Origin: a virus | Taxonomy: Duplodnaviria; Caudoviricetes | IMG/VR virus record: IMGVR_UViG_3300045972_000062 | Span: 1 to 62,336 of that record | Length of the DNA: 62,336 nt | Direction: 5' to 3' (one strand) | Shown here: positions 1 through 9,158 of the stretch, piece after piece | Layout: the number at the start of each line of letters is the position of its first letter | Numbering within the stretch: position 1 is the first letter of the stretch | Position numbers and translations under genes: made by a program | Notes under the pieces: model-generated | Seen by the model: only the letters and a program-made list of their open reading frames with translations | Told to the model about the DNA's origin: nothing | Databases searched by the model: none

Positions 1-1
1 A

Positions 2-148
2 ATACTAGTAGACACAGGAATTACAGTAAGTGTGACTAATATAGGACCACTATTCTCACGTAATGCAAAGTATAATGTAGGAGCTACTTATACTGAATTA
101 ATAGCTTCAGGTGGTACTTATACAGTTGATCCAAATATAACTTATTAA
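2..148 (+). CDS. C-terminal fragment of a gene running in from the left edge (probably structural/tail-associated)
   Basis: Frame 2 is open from the edge (ILVDTGITVSV...VDPNITY) to TAA at 146-148. Confidence 0.55.
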   Translation: MLVDTGITVSVTNIGPLFSRNAKYNVGATYTELIASGGTYTVDPNITY

Positions 149-158
149 ACATAAAGTA

Positions 159-596
159 ATGAAAAACGTAACGCACTTAAATACCATCTTATACAATGGT
201 AGTAATTCTGACTTAACTGTTGAATTTAGATACTGCAAAGGAGTAGATATGAGTACTGAAGTTACAGATACAATAATTGTTCCTTATTCAGATGTTGAGT
301 TTTTACCTCTAGAGGAGCTGTGTTGTTCTAAGATACTTAATTCAGTAGATAACATAGTAAGTTTATTTTATCAATCTACTAATATAGATCAGGAGTTAAA
401 TAGAAGAATCTTAATTACTATTAAGGATAATTTATTAGGATTTGTAATTCTTAATATAGAACCTGAATTCAAAATAGTAAATGATATACCAATGTTAGTT
501 AATTCAAGTAATTTTAATGAATCTGAGATATTGAATATAATTGACGTGGCTGGAAATGGAATAGCAATGTATATTCAAAATAAAATAAATGAATAG
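159..596 (+). CDS. hypothetical protein
   Basis: 145-aa ORF in operon orientation with an A-rich translation initiation region. Confidence 0.7.
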   Translation: MKNVTHLNTILYNGSNSDLTVEFRYCKGVDMSTEVTDTIIVPYSDVEFLPLEELCCSKILNSVDNIVSLFYQSTNIDQELNRRILITIKDNLLGFVILNIEPEFKIVNDIPMLVNSSNFNESEILNIIDVAGNGIAMYIQNKINE

Positions 597-651
597 ATTG
601 ATATTATATAATGTAATACTAAGAAATTATTAACCTTTAAAAACAATCAAA

Positions 652-732
652 ATGGAAATGTCACAAAAAATCAGACCGAAAGGCACAAGACCAACTAAGG
701 TAATGCCGAAACCAAAACCAAAAGGCAAGTAG
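652..732 (+). CDS. 26-aa basic Pro/Lys-rich peptide (MEMSQKIRPKGTRPTKVMPKPKPKGK)
   Basis: Read from sequence: ATG at 652 after an A-rich leader (TTTAAAAACAATCAAA); TAG at 730-732, 2 nt before the next ATG. Confidence 0.65.
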   Translation: MEMSQKIRPKGTRPTKVMPKPKPKGK

Positions 733-734
733 TC

Positions 735-1301
735 ATGTCTGCAGTCTATAAACGGATACAACTTCTAAGGATAGTTATGATAATACCATTACTATTTGAT
801 TTTGTATCTGTTTTCGGGCAGTCGGCATTTCCTTCGGCTCCGGACTCATGGATGATATTTGACAATTTTAGGTTAGTTTCTAACATTTCAATGTCTGTAT
901 TGGTATTTTATATTTTTAACTTCTGTTTAAACTCTAGAATAAAGGCGTTTATGATGGGAGTTTCTTTGCTTATGATAAGTACTAGTTTTTTTATGATACC
1001 GTATTATAGTGGCACTTTAACTTATGATTTTACAATATTAATTCATCGGGCAACGATAATGATATTTTGTACGTTATTGTTTTTCTATTTTCATAAATCT
1101 ATTGGTTACGCAGCTTTATTTGGAGCTTTCACCTGGCAATGTATATATCTGTTTAGAACTGAGTTTAACTCGGAAGTTACTGATGTAAGTATATCAGAGT
1201 CTTTAAAAGATTTCTTGTTTATTTACGCTATTTCATTAACTTTGACTTATCTATTCACTCATATAAACGCAACAAGGAATGAAAGCGAAGGAGACGTTTA
1301 A
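735..1301 (+). CDS. multi-pass (about 6 TM) membrane protein upstream of the lysis genes
   Basis: 188 aa with about six hydrophobic segments. Confidence 0.75.
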   Translation: MSAVYKRIQLLRIVMIIPLLFDFVSVFGQSAFPSAPDSWMIFDNFRLVSNISMSVLVFYIFNFCLNSRIKAFMMGVSLLMISTSFFMIPYYSGTLTYDFTILIHRATIMIFCTLLFFYFHKSIGYAALFGAFTWQCIYLFRTEFNSEVTDVSISESLKDFLFIYAISLTLTYLFTHINATRNESEGDV

Positions 1302-1683
1302 TTTATATGGGAGCATAACTAGTTTTATAAAGAAATACACGCTACAAACGATTATAGTAGCTTTTGGACTAATCGAAGCTCCTAAAGTCTTTGAGTTTGC
1401 AGATTTAAAAGAAGAGAACGCTACTCTAAAGAAACAGGTAGTAAGACTTCGTGTTGATATTGTAAATATGAAAAGGGCTTCTGAATATCAATATAGGGTT
1501 AATGAAAATTCTAATGAAAGAATTATAAATTTAGAGAACATGCACAGTTGTTTAAATGTCTTTTTGAATAAAAAAACTAAAGAAGATATGGATAATTACT
1601 TATATTTGAATAAATTTACGTTAAATAAGAAATCGGAAGTAAGAACTACTGATTTGACCGACAAAGAATCTTTAACTGAATAA
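1279..1683 (+). CDS. single-TM coiled-coil protein (holin/antiholin-like accessory)
   Basis: N-terminal hydrophobic stretch then coiled coil (LKEENATLKKQV); lysis-cassette position. Confidence 0.55.
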   Translation: MKAKETFNLYGSITSFIKKYTLQTIIVAFGLIEAPKVFEFADLKEENATLKKQVVRLRVDIVNMKRASEYQYRVNENSNERIINLENMHSCLNVFLNKKTKEDMDNYLYLNKFTLNKKSEVRTTDLTDKESLTE

Positions 1684-1684
1684 T

Positions 1685-1861
1685 ATGAAACTATCTAATT
1701 TAAATAAGCCTACCGAAGCCAAATGGGTTAAAATAGGCACTGCATTAATATCTGTTAGTGGCTTTATTGCGACTTACGCTTTAACTCAAAATAATGCTAC
1801 CGTAGGCTTTTTAGGATTGGGATTTGGAGGTATTGGAACTTTTATAATTGCATTTAAATAA
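1685..1861 (+). CDS. putative holin, 58 aa, 2 TM
   Basis: Not in ORF track: MKLSNLNKPTEAKWVKIGTALISVSGFIATYALTQNNATVGFLGLGFGGIGTFIIAFK; stop overlaps the endolysin ATG. Confidence 0.75.
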   Translation: MKLSNLNKPTEAKWVKIGTALISVSGFIATYALTQNNATVGFLGLGFGGIGTFIIAFK

Positions 1862-2367
1862 TGAGCCGGTTAATAACTGACTTAACTACTGAGATGCAGG
1901 TGAAAGTTAATAAGGCTATCGAGTTATGTAAGTCAAAAGGCGTAAACCTAATGGTTACTGCTACTTTAAGAACTCTTGAAGAACAAGCTGTTTACTACAG
2001 ACAATCAAGAACTATAGTAGAGATAAATGCTAAGATAGCATTGTTCAAAAAAAAAGGATTTGACTACCTTGCTGATGTTCTTGAGAAGTGTCCTCCATGT
2101 TCAGGTAAGTTTGTAACTAATGCAGCTCCCGGGGAGTCATGGCACAATTATAAGATGGCTATAGATGTAGTTCCTGTTTTTGGTGGTGTTGCTCAATGGT
2201 CTGATCCCAAGTTGTGGAATGTATGGACTTCGTGTGCTAAAGAAGCTGGATTGTTTACTCTTGACTTTGAAAAGCCGCATGCTCAGTTTTATTCTACCGG
2301 GAATCCGTTAACAGGAAAAACTACGTCAGAAATAAAAGTATTATTAACTAAAAACGGATTACTATAA
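1861..2367 (+). CDS. endolysin, M15 family (L-Ala-D-Glu) peptidase
   Basis: Motifs RTxEEQ, VTNAxPGESWHNY, AIDVV, EKPH. Confidence 0.92.
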   Translation: MSRLITDLTTEMQVKVNKAIELCKSKGVNLMVTATLRTLEEQAVYYRQSRTIVEINAKIALFKKKGFDYLADVLEKCPPCSGKFVTNAAPGESWHNYKMAIDVVPVFGGVAQWSDPKLWNVWTSCAKEAGLFTLDFEKPHAQFYSTGNPLTGKTTSEIKVLLTKNGLL

Positions 2368-2957
2368 TGACAAGGATTGCATTTACATTCGGACTTATGT
2401 TATTTGTAGCTTTGATAGCTACTTCTGCATTTTATTACAACAAGAGCCTTAAAATTGCCGGATTAGAGATTCAGAATAGAATTTCCGAAGGAAAGGTTGT
2501 TACTTATAAGAACAATGAAGGTCATTGGGTAACTTGCTTGCAGGAACGTAATGCTACTATTGAGGAATTAAAGCATAATTTAGCAGTAAAAGAAGTTGGA
2601 GTTAAGCCAAGGCAAGTTTCTAGCGTTTCTACTAACACTACAGAACGTGTAGATACGTTTTTTATGCCTATTAAACACGATACGGCTTACATAATACTTA
2701 ATGGAGTAAAAACTATCGATTCTGTAACTAAAGTATCTTACAAGGATGCCTTTTATGACATTAATGGCGTAATATTTAACAATGACTTATTTAGGTTAAA
2801 TATAAAGTCATTTGATAGTATTACTCAGGTAGTTAAGAGATATAAGGAAGGATTTGTGTTATTAAAACCGTTCAAAAGATGGAAGTATCAACAGTTCGTT
2901 TTTTCATCAAATCCTAATTGTAAAATTAAATTTTCAGAGTACTTAAAAATAAAGTAA
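2367..2957 (+). CDS. spanin-like membrane-anchored lysis protein (DUF6549-like)
   Basis: N-terminal TM, coiled coil, DT-rich beta region; directly follows the endolysin. Confidence 0.6.
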   Translation: MTRIAFTFGLMLFVALIATSAFYYNKSLKIAGLEIQNRISEGKVVTYKNNEGHWVTCLQERNATIEELKHNLAVKEVGVKPRQVSSVSTNTTERVDTFFMPIKHDTAYIILNGVKTIDSVTKVSYKDAFYDINGVIFNNDLFRLNIKSFDSITQVVKRYKEGFVLLKPFKRWKYQQFVFSSNPNCKIKFSEYLKIK

Positions 2958-3799
2958 TGAAATTAGAAGACATCATATACGACATACGTACTTTAATGGA
3001 TCAGTCCAGCGAGGATTCTCGACTGGATGATTCTTTTTTAGCGTATAAGATAAACGAATATCGGGCGTTATTAATCCAAAAGAAATATGCCGAAACAAGA
3101 GAGATTGATCCTATATGGTTACAATCTATTCCTATTTCTCAATTTACTTGCGTAGGAACCGGAGATGATCCTAATGTTTTAGGTGAAACTACTCGTTTAG
3201 GAAAGTGTACTCTTCCTGCGGTGGTGTCATTGCCTAGAAATTTAGGGTTATATAGAATGTCTTCAAGTTCAAGACAGAAACAGATATACCCTACTACGGA
3301 GCATGAGTTTTATATGATGTTAGAAACCGGAGATGACAGGTTAAGGCATTTTGAATATTATTATCCAATAGGAAAGTCGCATTATATTTATCCATATAGA
3401 GAAAAAGGAACAGCGACATGTATTTTAGAAAATCCATTAGAAGCACAAGGGAAGTTAACAGAGATAATCTCAAACGGAAATTTATTAGCTGGAACAGATT
3501 ACATAGTAACTCAGGAAGCGATAGTGTACGGAGGAGTGATGTATCTTCCAGGTCAGCTATTAACAGCATCGACAACAAACGGTAGTTTCTATGAAGGTTC
3601 CGGGGTGTTATTCTTAAAGAATAAATTATATACTCTTGATACTAGAGATGATTATCCTTGTGATGCCGGCATGGCAGAAATGATTATTATTGAGGTGTTA
3701 ACTAAAGACTTTAAGTTAGAATCGTCATTTGTTACTGATTTGCGTCAGGATTTTGCCGACCATTCTAAAGTTATGAGGGCTATGATTTCTAAAAGATAG
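2957..3799 (+). CDS. tail ring / tail tubular protein (crAss-like)
   Basis: N-terminal LxDIIYDIR...YRALLI and C-terminal DDYPxD features; position before IHF-ring-muzzle genes as in Crassvirales. Confidence 0.75.
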   Translation: MKLEDIIYDIRTLMDQSSEDSRLDDSFLAYKINEYRALLIQKKYAETREIDPIWLQSIPISQFTCVGTGDDPNVLGETTRLGKCTLPAVVSLPRNLGLYRMSSSSRQKQIYPTTEHEFYMMLETGDDRLRHFEYYYPIGKSHYIYPYREKGTATCILENPLEAQGKLTEIISNGNLLAGTDYIVTQEAIVYGGVMYLPGQLLTASTTNGSFYEGSGVLFLKNKLYTLDTRDDYPCDAGMAEMIIIEVLTKDFKLESSFVTDLRQDFADHSKVMRAMISKR

Positions 3800-3803
3800 T
3801 ATT

Positions 3804-4208
3804 ATGTTAACTAAAGGACTTGAAGATGTGATAGATGTAATGATGGACAAGAAGTTCAAATATCGTCATTTAGGCAAGGATAACATAACTGTTATTATGC
3901 AGCAATACTTCAAAAAAAGCAGGGCGGTAATTGAGTCTGGAGAACCATTTTCATTTCCTAATAGATTTGGCACCATGCAACTTGAATTTAGGAAGAGAAA
4001 AGTTAATGAAGAAAAGCCTTTTGGAGCTTTTTTAATACCGGATAAAATTATTGTAGCATTAGGATATTGGGCTTACATTGACTTTAGAAGTTCTCATATA
4101 ACTATAAATTTAGGATATCAATATAAAGCTTGTAAAAAGTTTATAAAATGGTTTAATCATAAGTTATTTACTACCGATTATTTTTACGAATTAAAAAACA
4201 AGAAATGA
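3804..4208 (+). CDS. IHF/HU-like DNA-binding protein of the crAss-like virion module
   Basis: IESGEPFSFPNRFGTM motif; conserved position between ring genes. Confidence 0.7.
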   Translation: MLTKGLEDVIDVMMDKKFKYRHLGKDNITVIMQQYFKKSRAVIESGEPFSFPNRFGTMQLEFRKRKVNEEKPFGAFLIPDKIIVALGYWAYIDFRSSHITINLGYQYKACKKFIKWFNHKLFTTDYFYELKNKK

Positions 4209-4954
4209 GCATAGCAAGAAAGATTTCGATAAAAAAGGCATTAATGAATGTCGTAGACGAAACGAGCGAAGATGTAGCAAGAGAATTGCCTTTAATGTAC
4301 AAATGGGCTTTGCATATCAACCGAAAGATAGATAGTATAAATCAGTTAACAAGAAGCGTTACAGTTATTGATGTAGTTGGATGTACGGTTCAGATCCCGG
4401 CACATGTAGAACATGTTGTTGCTATTGTTATGGGAGATAACGGATGTTGTTGTGATGCTTTTTGGAACTTGAAAGATAATACTTATGTTTGGGAGCCTGT
4501 ATCTCAGATTAGCCAAATAGGTGTTACTAATATATATGCTTTTGTTGATGATTTGTGGGAAGGTCAGAATGATTTAGATTACCATATTCAGGATGATAAG
4601 ATTGTATTTACTAGAAACTATACCGGTAAAAAAGTAACATTACTAACATTAGGTTACGAGCAAGACGAAGAAGGAAGTCCTTTGGTTAGTGAAAATAACG
4701 TAGATGCTATTGTTAAGTATGTAAAGTTACAAATGGCAGAAAGAGAGAAATGGAAACTTATGAAAAAAGCTGTTCCATTAAATCAAATTTCGGCAGAAAT
4801 AAATGGCTTAAGGTCAGAGGTTAATTATTATGTAAGTCAAGCCAGAGATAATAGTAATGAACTTTCTAAATCTCAGCAATCTCAGATTTCAAATTTATTA
4901 AATAATCCTATAACCGGATATAGAACTTACTTATTACAAAACTCTTGGATTTAA
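4205..4954 (+). CDS. tail ring protein (crAss-like)
   Basis: YHIQDDKI...VTLxxxG...DEEGSPLV motif; directly precedes the muzzle gene. Confidence 0.75.
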   Translation: MSIARKISIKKALMNVVDETSEDVARELPLMYKWALHINRKIDSINQLTRSVTVIDVVGCTVQIPAHVEHVVAIVMGDNGCCCDAFWNLKDNTYVWEPVSQISQIGVTNIYAFVDDLWEGQNDLDYHIQDDKIVFTRNYTGKKVTLLTLGYEQDEEGSPLVSENNVDAIVKYVKLQMAEREKWKLMKKAVPLNQISAEINGLRSEVNYYVSQARDNSNELSKSQQSQISNLLNNPITGYRTYLLQNSWI

Positions 4955-4955
4955 T

Positions 4956-7900
4956 ATGAACTCTAAACAGCTAGTAAATAAAGGTTCTCATTTAGATAAT
5001 GATGAATCTTTTCAGCCGAAAGACACGTTTAGACATGCTATGAATGGCATGTTGATAAGTTATAATGATGGTAATTATTCATGGCAAAACTCGATAGGAA
5101 ATAAGGTTTCTTTTAATGTAGGACTTAATATTATCGGGTGGTGTAATCTTAGAGAAGATTTAATTATTTTCTCTACTGATGAAGTTATTGGAGCTATTGA
5201 TAAAGTCGTATTTAATGGACTAGGAGAAGCTACGGTTTACCCTCAATATGCTTTAGATGATTTTGGATTCTCACAATTACACCCGATCGTTAATGAATGT
5301 GAAGGCTATTACGAAAGCCAAAAAATTCAGAGGGTTTATTGGACTGACTTTAAGAATCAGTTTAGATCTTTAAACTTAAGCCAAATAAAATATCTGCACA
5401 CTAATGAGCCGAATATAATTACAGTTTCTTTTGTGCCTAATAAACAATATGTGGTAGTTTCAGGAAGCGTAGTTGTCCCAAGTGGAACTTATACTAAAGG
5501 GCAGTCTTTTTCTTCTCCTACGACTCCTATAATTTATGATCTTACAAATACTGTTATTGCTGAATATTTATCGGCAAATAGCATGAACTCTAGTCCTGTT
5601 GTGACTTGGGGAGATATAGGATTAAATCAGATACTTCAAAATCAAGGCACAGTAGGATATGGTCAATATTTTTTCTGTTATCAATATTATTCCTTAGATG
5701 GGAGAGTTACTAACTGGTCTCCGTTAAGTAATGGTATTGCAATGATAAATATAGGTAATACTTATCAAGGTCAGCAAGGAGGTCAACAATTAGGATCTGG
5801 AATCACAGGAACCGACATTGGGAACGGCAATTCAAACAATGCTTTTGAGCTTAAGATTACTAATGTAGAAACTATATACGATCATATAAGATTTGGGGTA
5901 TTTACCTCTTCAGAATATAATACTATAAATCCTGACGGGTTCTCATTTTCTGAAGTAGCTACATCTCCTGATCATAATAAAGAGCAGTTAGTAATTTACT
6001 TCGGAGACAAAACTCATATTAAAAAAATAAGTCTTGACGATGTATTGATAGGTAAAGCTGCAATAGAGAAGGTTAAAACTTTCTGTATTACTCAACGCTA
6101 TTTAATAGTAGCTAATACTGTAGAAAGTGGAGAATTTAACAATACTAACGTCACCGCAACTATTACTATAAGTCCAGAAGTGTACGAGATAGTTTCTGAT
6201 GCTAGAGGTAATGTTTATAGTCCAAATGGAGATTTGACTGGACACGATAAAATGGCAGGAGTATCTAGTGATATTTATGTAAATCAGTGGTACAAAGTTA
6301 AAAGTTTGACAATTTCTTACAATTCTATCAGTTATTCAATTGGAGATCTGTTTAAAGGAATAGTAGGAATTACACATTATGTAGGAAGCGGTTCGGTTGT
6401 TCCTGTAATAAGAAAAAAGAAATACAAGAAATTTGACAACTCTTACGTATATGATGTAATTGAAATTCCTAATGATTATCTTGACTACAAAAGTCCTATT
6501 GTTTCTGAAAATGCAGTAGGATATTGGGGAGGGGAGACGTATCGGTTTGGATTATTGCCGTATGATAAGCAAGGAAGAGCAATGCATGTTAGATTTGGTG
6601 CCGATATTAAGTTCCCAGAAAGGAATATTCAAGGAAATACTTACCAACTAAATGGTAATTCTATGCCATGCACTGCTTCAAGTATGGTCAATGACGCTTT
6701 AGGTAACGGTACTTATTCTCAATCTAATTTAAACATAATGTCAGCCTTAATTGATGGCATTGACATTACTGATATTATAGATCAGATTTCAGCTATAAGT
6801 ATTGTGAGATGTAGTAGAGATGGTCAGGAATCTACCTTATATGAAGGATTATTGCAACCTTTAGTTAGGGTTACTGAGGAGTTTCCTGCACCAACAAATG
6901 AAGGTCATGTGTTATATCCTGCTGAAACTCATTTTTCTGATGGGTTTGAAAGGTTTTCTCATAGTAGTTACTTTGAAAGGAGACCTTACTGTTATGCTTT
7001 GTATTCTCCTGAGAGGATGTTTTATTTTAATTCAGACATTCCTTCCATAGGAGACTCTTTGAAGATAAATGGTTTTTTTGAGCAAATAAATCCATTAAAT
7101 AATGGACTTGGGCAGAATACTGCATTCTCAAATTTTAATCAGAAATTTTATAAAGAATGCAATCCTATAGACAATACATTATCTATCGGTAAGGTTAATG
7201 AGGTAAATATAGAAGCCGGATTTCAGGAAGTAGATTCAGCTAAAAACATATTGAGTGGATCCAACCATAGTGCTAATATGCAGGTGCCTTTATTGGATGT
7301 AGGAAATCTAAACAATGACACTATATATTCTTATACTACAGAATTACTATGGAGTAGGGCTTCTATATTGCCAGGTGGCGATGCTGGTTATTTTAAAAGA
7401 TCAACTATTACTAGAGCTTCCATATTAGAGACCAACTATGGAGAGGGCAGTCTGTCTGCAACTTTCCCTAATGGATTTGTAGATCAACAGGGAGATTATA
7501 GAGATAAGACTACTGTTACTTACGTCCAATATAAAAGACGTAACGCAAACTTATATGGAGGAACTACTGACGAAGCTAAGGCTTTGAATTTGTATTATAC
7601 TATTGGTCATTATCTACCTATAACTACTGAGTTAAAAAATGATATTATAAATTCCAATGGAAGGTATGTTTTAAATGGATTGCAGGTTTTTGGAGGGGAT
7701 TGCTTTATTAATTTATTCGATTTTAATTTAGCAACTTATGACTCTAATTGGGAGAAGATTACATCTCCTATTATAGGAGGCAACACATATTACGATTCAT
7801 GGCAGCTAGAAGTTGTATTCCCTGTTCAATCTTCTGTAAATACAGCTTTTAGGCAAGGATTCCATACTGCTAAAGATAGGATGTGGGGTAAGGGTATTTC

Positions 7901-9158
7901 AGGAAACTCTACCGGATTGAGGGTTAATGTATCTCCTCCTCATATTGAGAATTATAATAAGACTATAAATCAAAGTAGTATTAATGAAGCTTATTTGACA
8001 TGTTATTCTACAGATAAGAAGAAGATAACTCTTAAATCATTACCTACAAACTTTGAGTTCGAAACAGAATTTGACTATAGGATCCGGTGGAGTCAACTTA
8101 AAAGTAATGGAGAAGATGTAGATAAGTTTATGATATTCGACTCTCTACAATTCTTAGATGTTGAACCAAATCATGGAATGATTAATAATGTAAGGACTGA
8201 AGCTAATAGATTATTCTACTGGCAAGAACATGCCGTAGGTAGTGTTCCTGTTAATGAGAGAATGGTAGTGACTTCTGCTGTTGGAGAAATGGTAAATTTG
8301 GGAGTTAATAGTGGGGTTGGTTTAGGGAATGGCAGGTTTGACGAAAGGCATAGTTTTTATGGTAATCAACACCAACATTCTTTAATTAAAACTACTAATG
8401 GATTCTGCTGGTATGATTTATCAAATTCTGCATTTGTTCACATGAATACTAAACTTGGTATAAATAACGACAGTATAATAAAAGGATATTATCAATTTTT
8501 TAGGAATGAAATAGATCCTTTATTGTATGAGAATTTTAATCCTGTAATTAGTCGAGGAATTGTTGCTGGATATGATGAAGTTTACAGAACTGTTTACATG
8601 ACATTTTTCGCCATAGACAAGAGTAAATTCAGTAACCATACAATTGCCTTCAATGACGTAACAAATACGTTTGTAGGAGAACATTCATTCTTCCCTACGT
8701 TATATGCTAAACTTCATGGAAGGTTTATAACTACAGAAGGAGTTGCTACAAATATTGGATTAGGATGGATTCATGATACTGCTGATAGCGGAAGAGGAAA
8801 TTACTTTGGAGTAATTAAGGATTCTACTATTGAGCTTATTGTCAATTCAAACTTTGACATGTCAAAAATATTTGATACTTTTATGGTCGAAGGTAATGAT
8901 AAGTTCTTCTACAAGATAGAGTGCTGGACAAACAATCAGTACGGAGTAGATGAAGATATTATTGACAAGACTACATTAGAGCTATTGAGTGACAATGTGG
9001 AGTATAGAAATCAAACATGGGTAGGTAATTTGCCGTTAACAGGTGAAAGCGATAGATTTACTGACAACTGGTTGAAAATAAAGTTCTACTTTGACAATTC
9101 TCAGAACAAATTAATAAAATTATTGAGTCTACAAACTAATTACAGACAAGCAAGATAA
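4956..9158 (+). CDS. tail stabilization / muzzle protein (crAss-like)
   Basis: 1400 aa; KGxxxD...AxNG start, VYWTDxxN, GETYRFG, FGGDCFI, RIRWS motifs. Confidence 0.88.
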   Translation: MNSKQLVNKGSHLDNDESFQPKDTFRHAMNGMLISYNDGNYSWQNSIGNKVSFNVGLNIIGWCNLREDLIIFSTDEVIGAIDKVVFNGLGEATVYPQYALDDFGFSQLHPIVNECEGYYESQKIQRVYWTDFKNQFRSLNLSQIKYLHTNEPNIITVSFVPNKQYVVVSGSVVVPSGTYTKGQSFSSPTTPIIYDLTNTVIAEYLSANSMNSSPVVTWGDIGLNQILQNQGTVGYGQYFFCYQYYSLDGRVTNWSPLSNGIAMINIGNTYQGQQGGQQLGSGITGTDIGNGNSNNAFELKITNVETIYDHIRFGVFTSSEYNTINPDGFSFSEVATSPDHNKEQLVIYFGDKTHIKKISLDDVLIGKAAIEKVKTFCITQRYLIVANTVESGEFNNTNVTATITISPEVYEIVSDARGNVYSPNGDLTGHDKMAGVSSDIYVNQWYKVKSLTISYNSISYSIGDLFKGIVGITHYVGSGSVVPVIRKKKYKKFDNSYVYDVIEIPNDYLDYKSPIVSENAVGYWGGETYRFGLLPYDKQGRAMHVRFGADIKFPERNIQGNTYQLNGNSMPCTASSMVNDALGNGTYSQSNLNIMSALIDGIDITDIIDQISAISIVRCSRDGQESTLYEGLLQPLVRVTEEFPAPTNEGHVLYPAETHFSDGFERFSHSSYFERRPYCYALYSPERMFYFNSDIPSIGDSLKINGFFEQINPLNNGLGQNTAFSNFNQKFYKECNPIDNTLSIGKVNEVNIEAGFQEVDSAKNILSGSNHSANMQVPLLDVGNLNNDTIYSYTTELLWSRASILPGGDAGYFKRSTITRASILETNYGEGSLSATFPNGFVDQQGDYRDKTTVTYVQYKRRNANLYGGTTDEAKALNLYYTIGHYLPITTELKNDIINSNGRYVLNGLQVFGGDCFINLFDFNLATYDSNWEKITSPIIGGNTYYDSWQLEVVFPVQSSVNTAFRQGFHTAKDRMWGKGISGNSTGLRVNVSPPHIENYNKTINQSSINEAYLTCYSTDKKKITLKSLPTNFEFETEFDYRIRWSQLKSNGEDVDKFMIFDSLQFLDVEPNHGMINNVRTEANRLFYWQEHAVGSVPVNERMVVTSAVGEMVNLGVNSGVGLGNGRFDERHSFYGNQHQHSLIKTTNGFCWYDLSNSAFVHMNTKLGINNDSIIKGYYQFFRNEIDPLLYENFNPVISRGIVAGYDEVYRTVYMTFFAIDKSKFSNHTIAFNDVTNTFVGEHSFFPTLYAKLHGRFITTEGVATNIGLGWIHDTADSGRGNYFGVIKDSTIELIVNSNFDMSKIFDTFMVEGNDKFFYKIECWTNNQYGVDEDIIDKTTLELLSDNVEYRNQTWVGNLPLTGESDRFTDNWLKIKFYFDNSQNKLIKLLSLQTNYRQAR

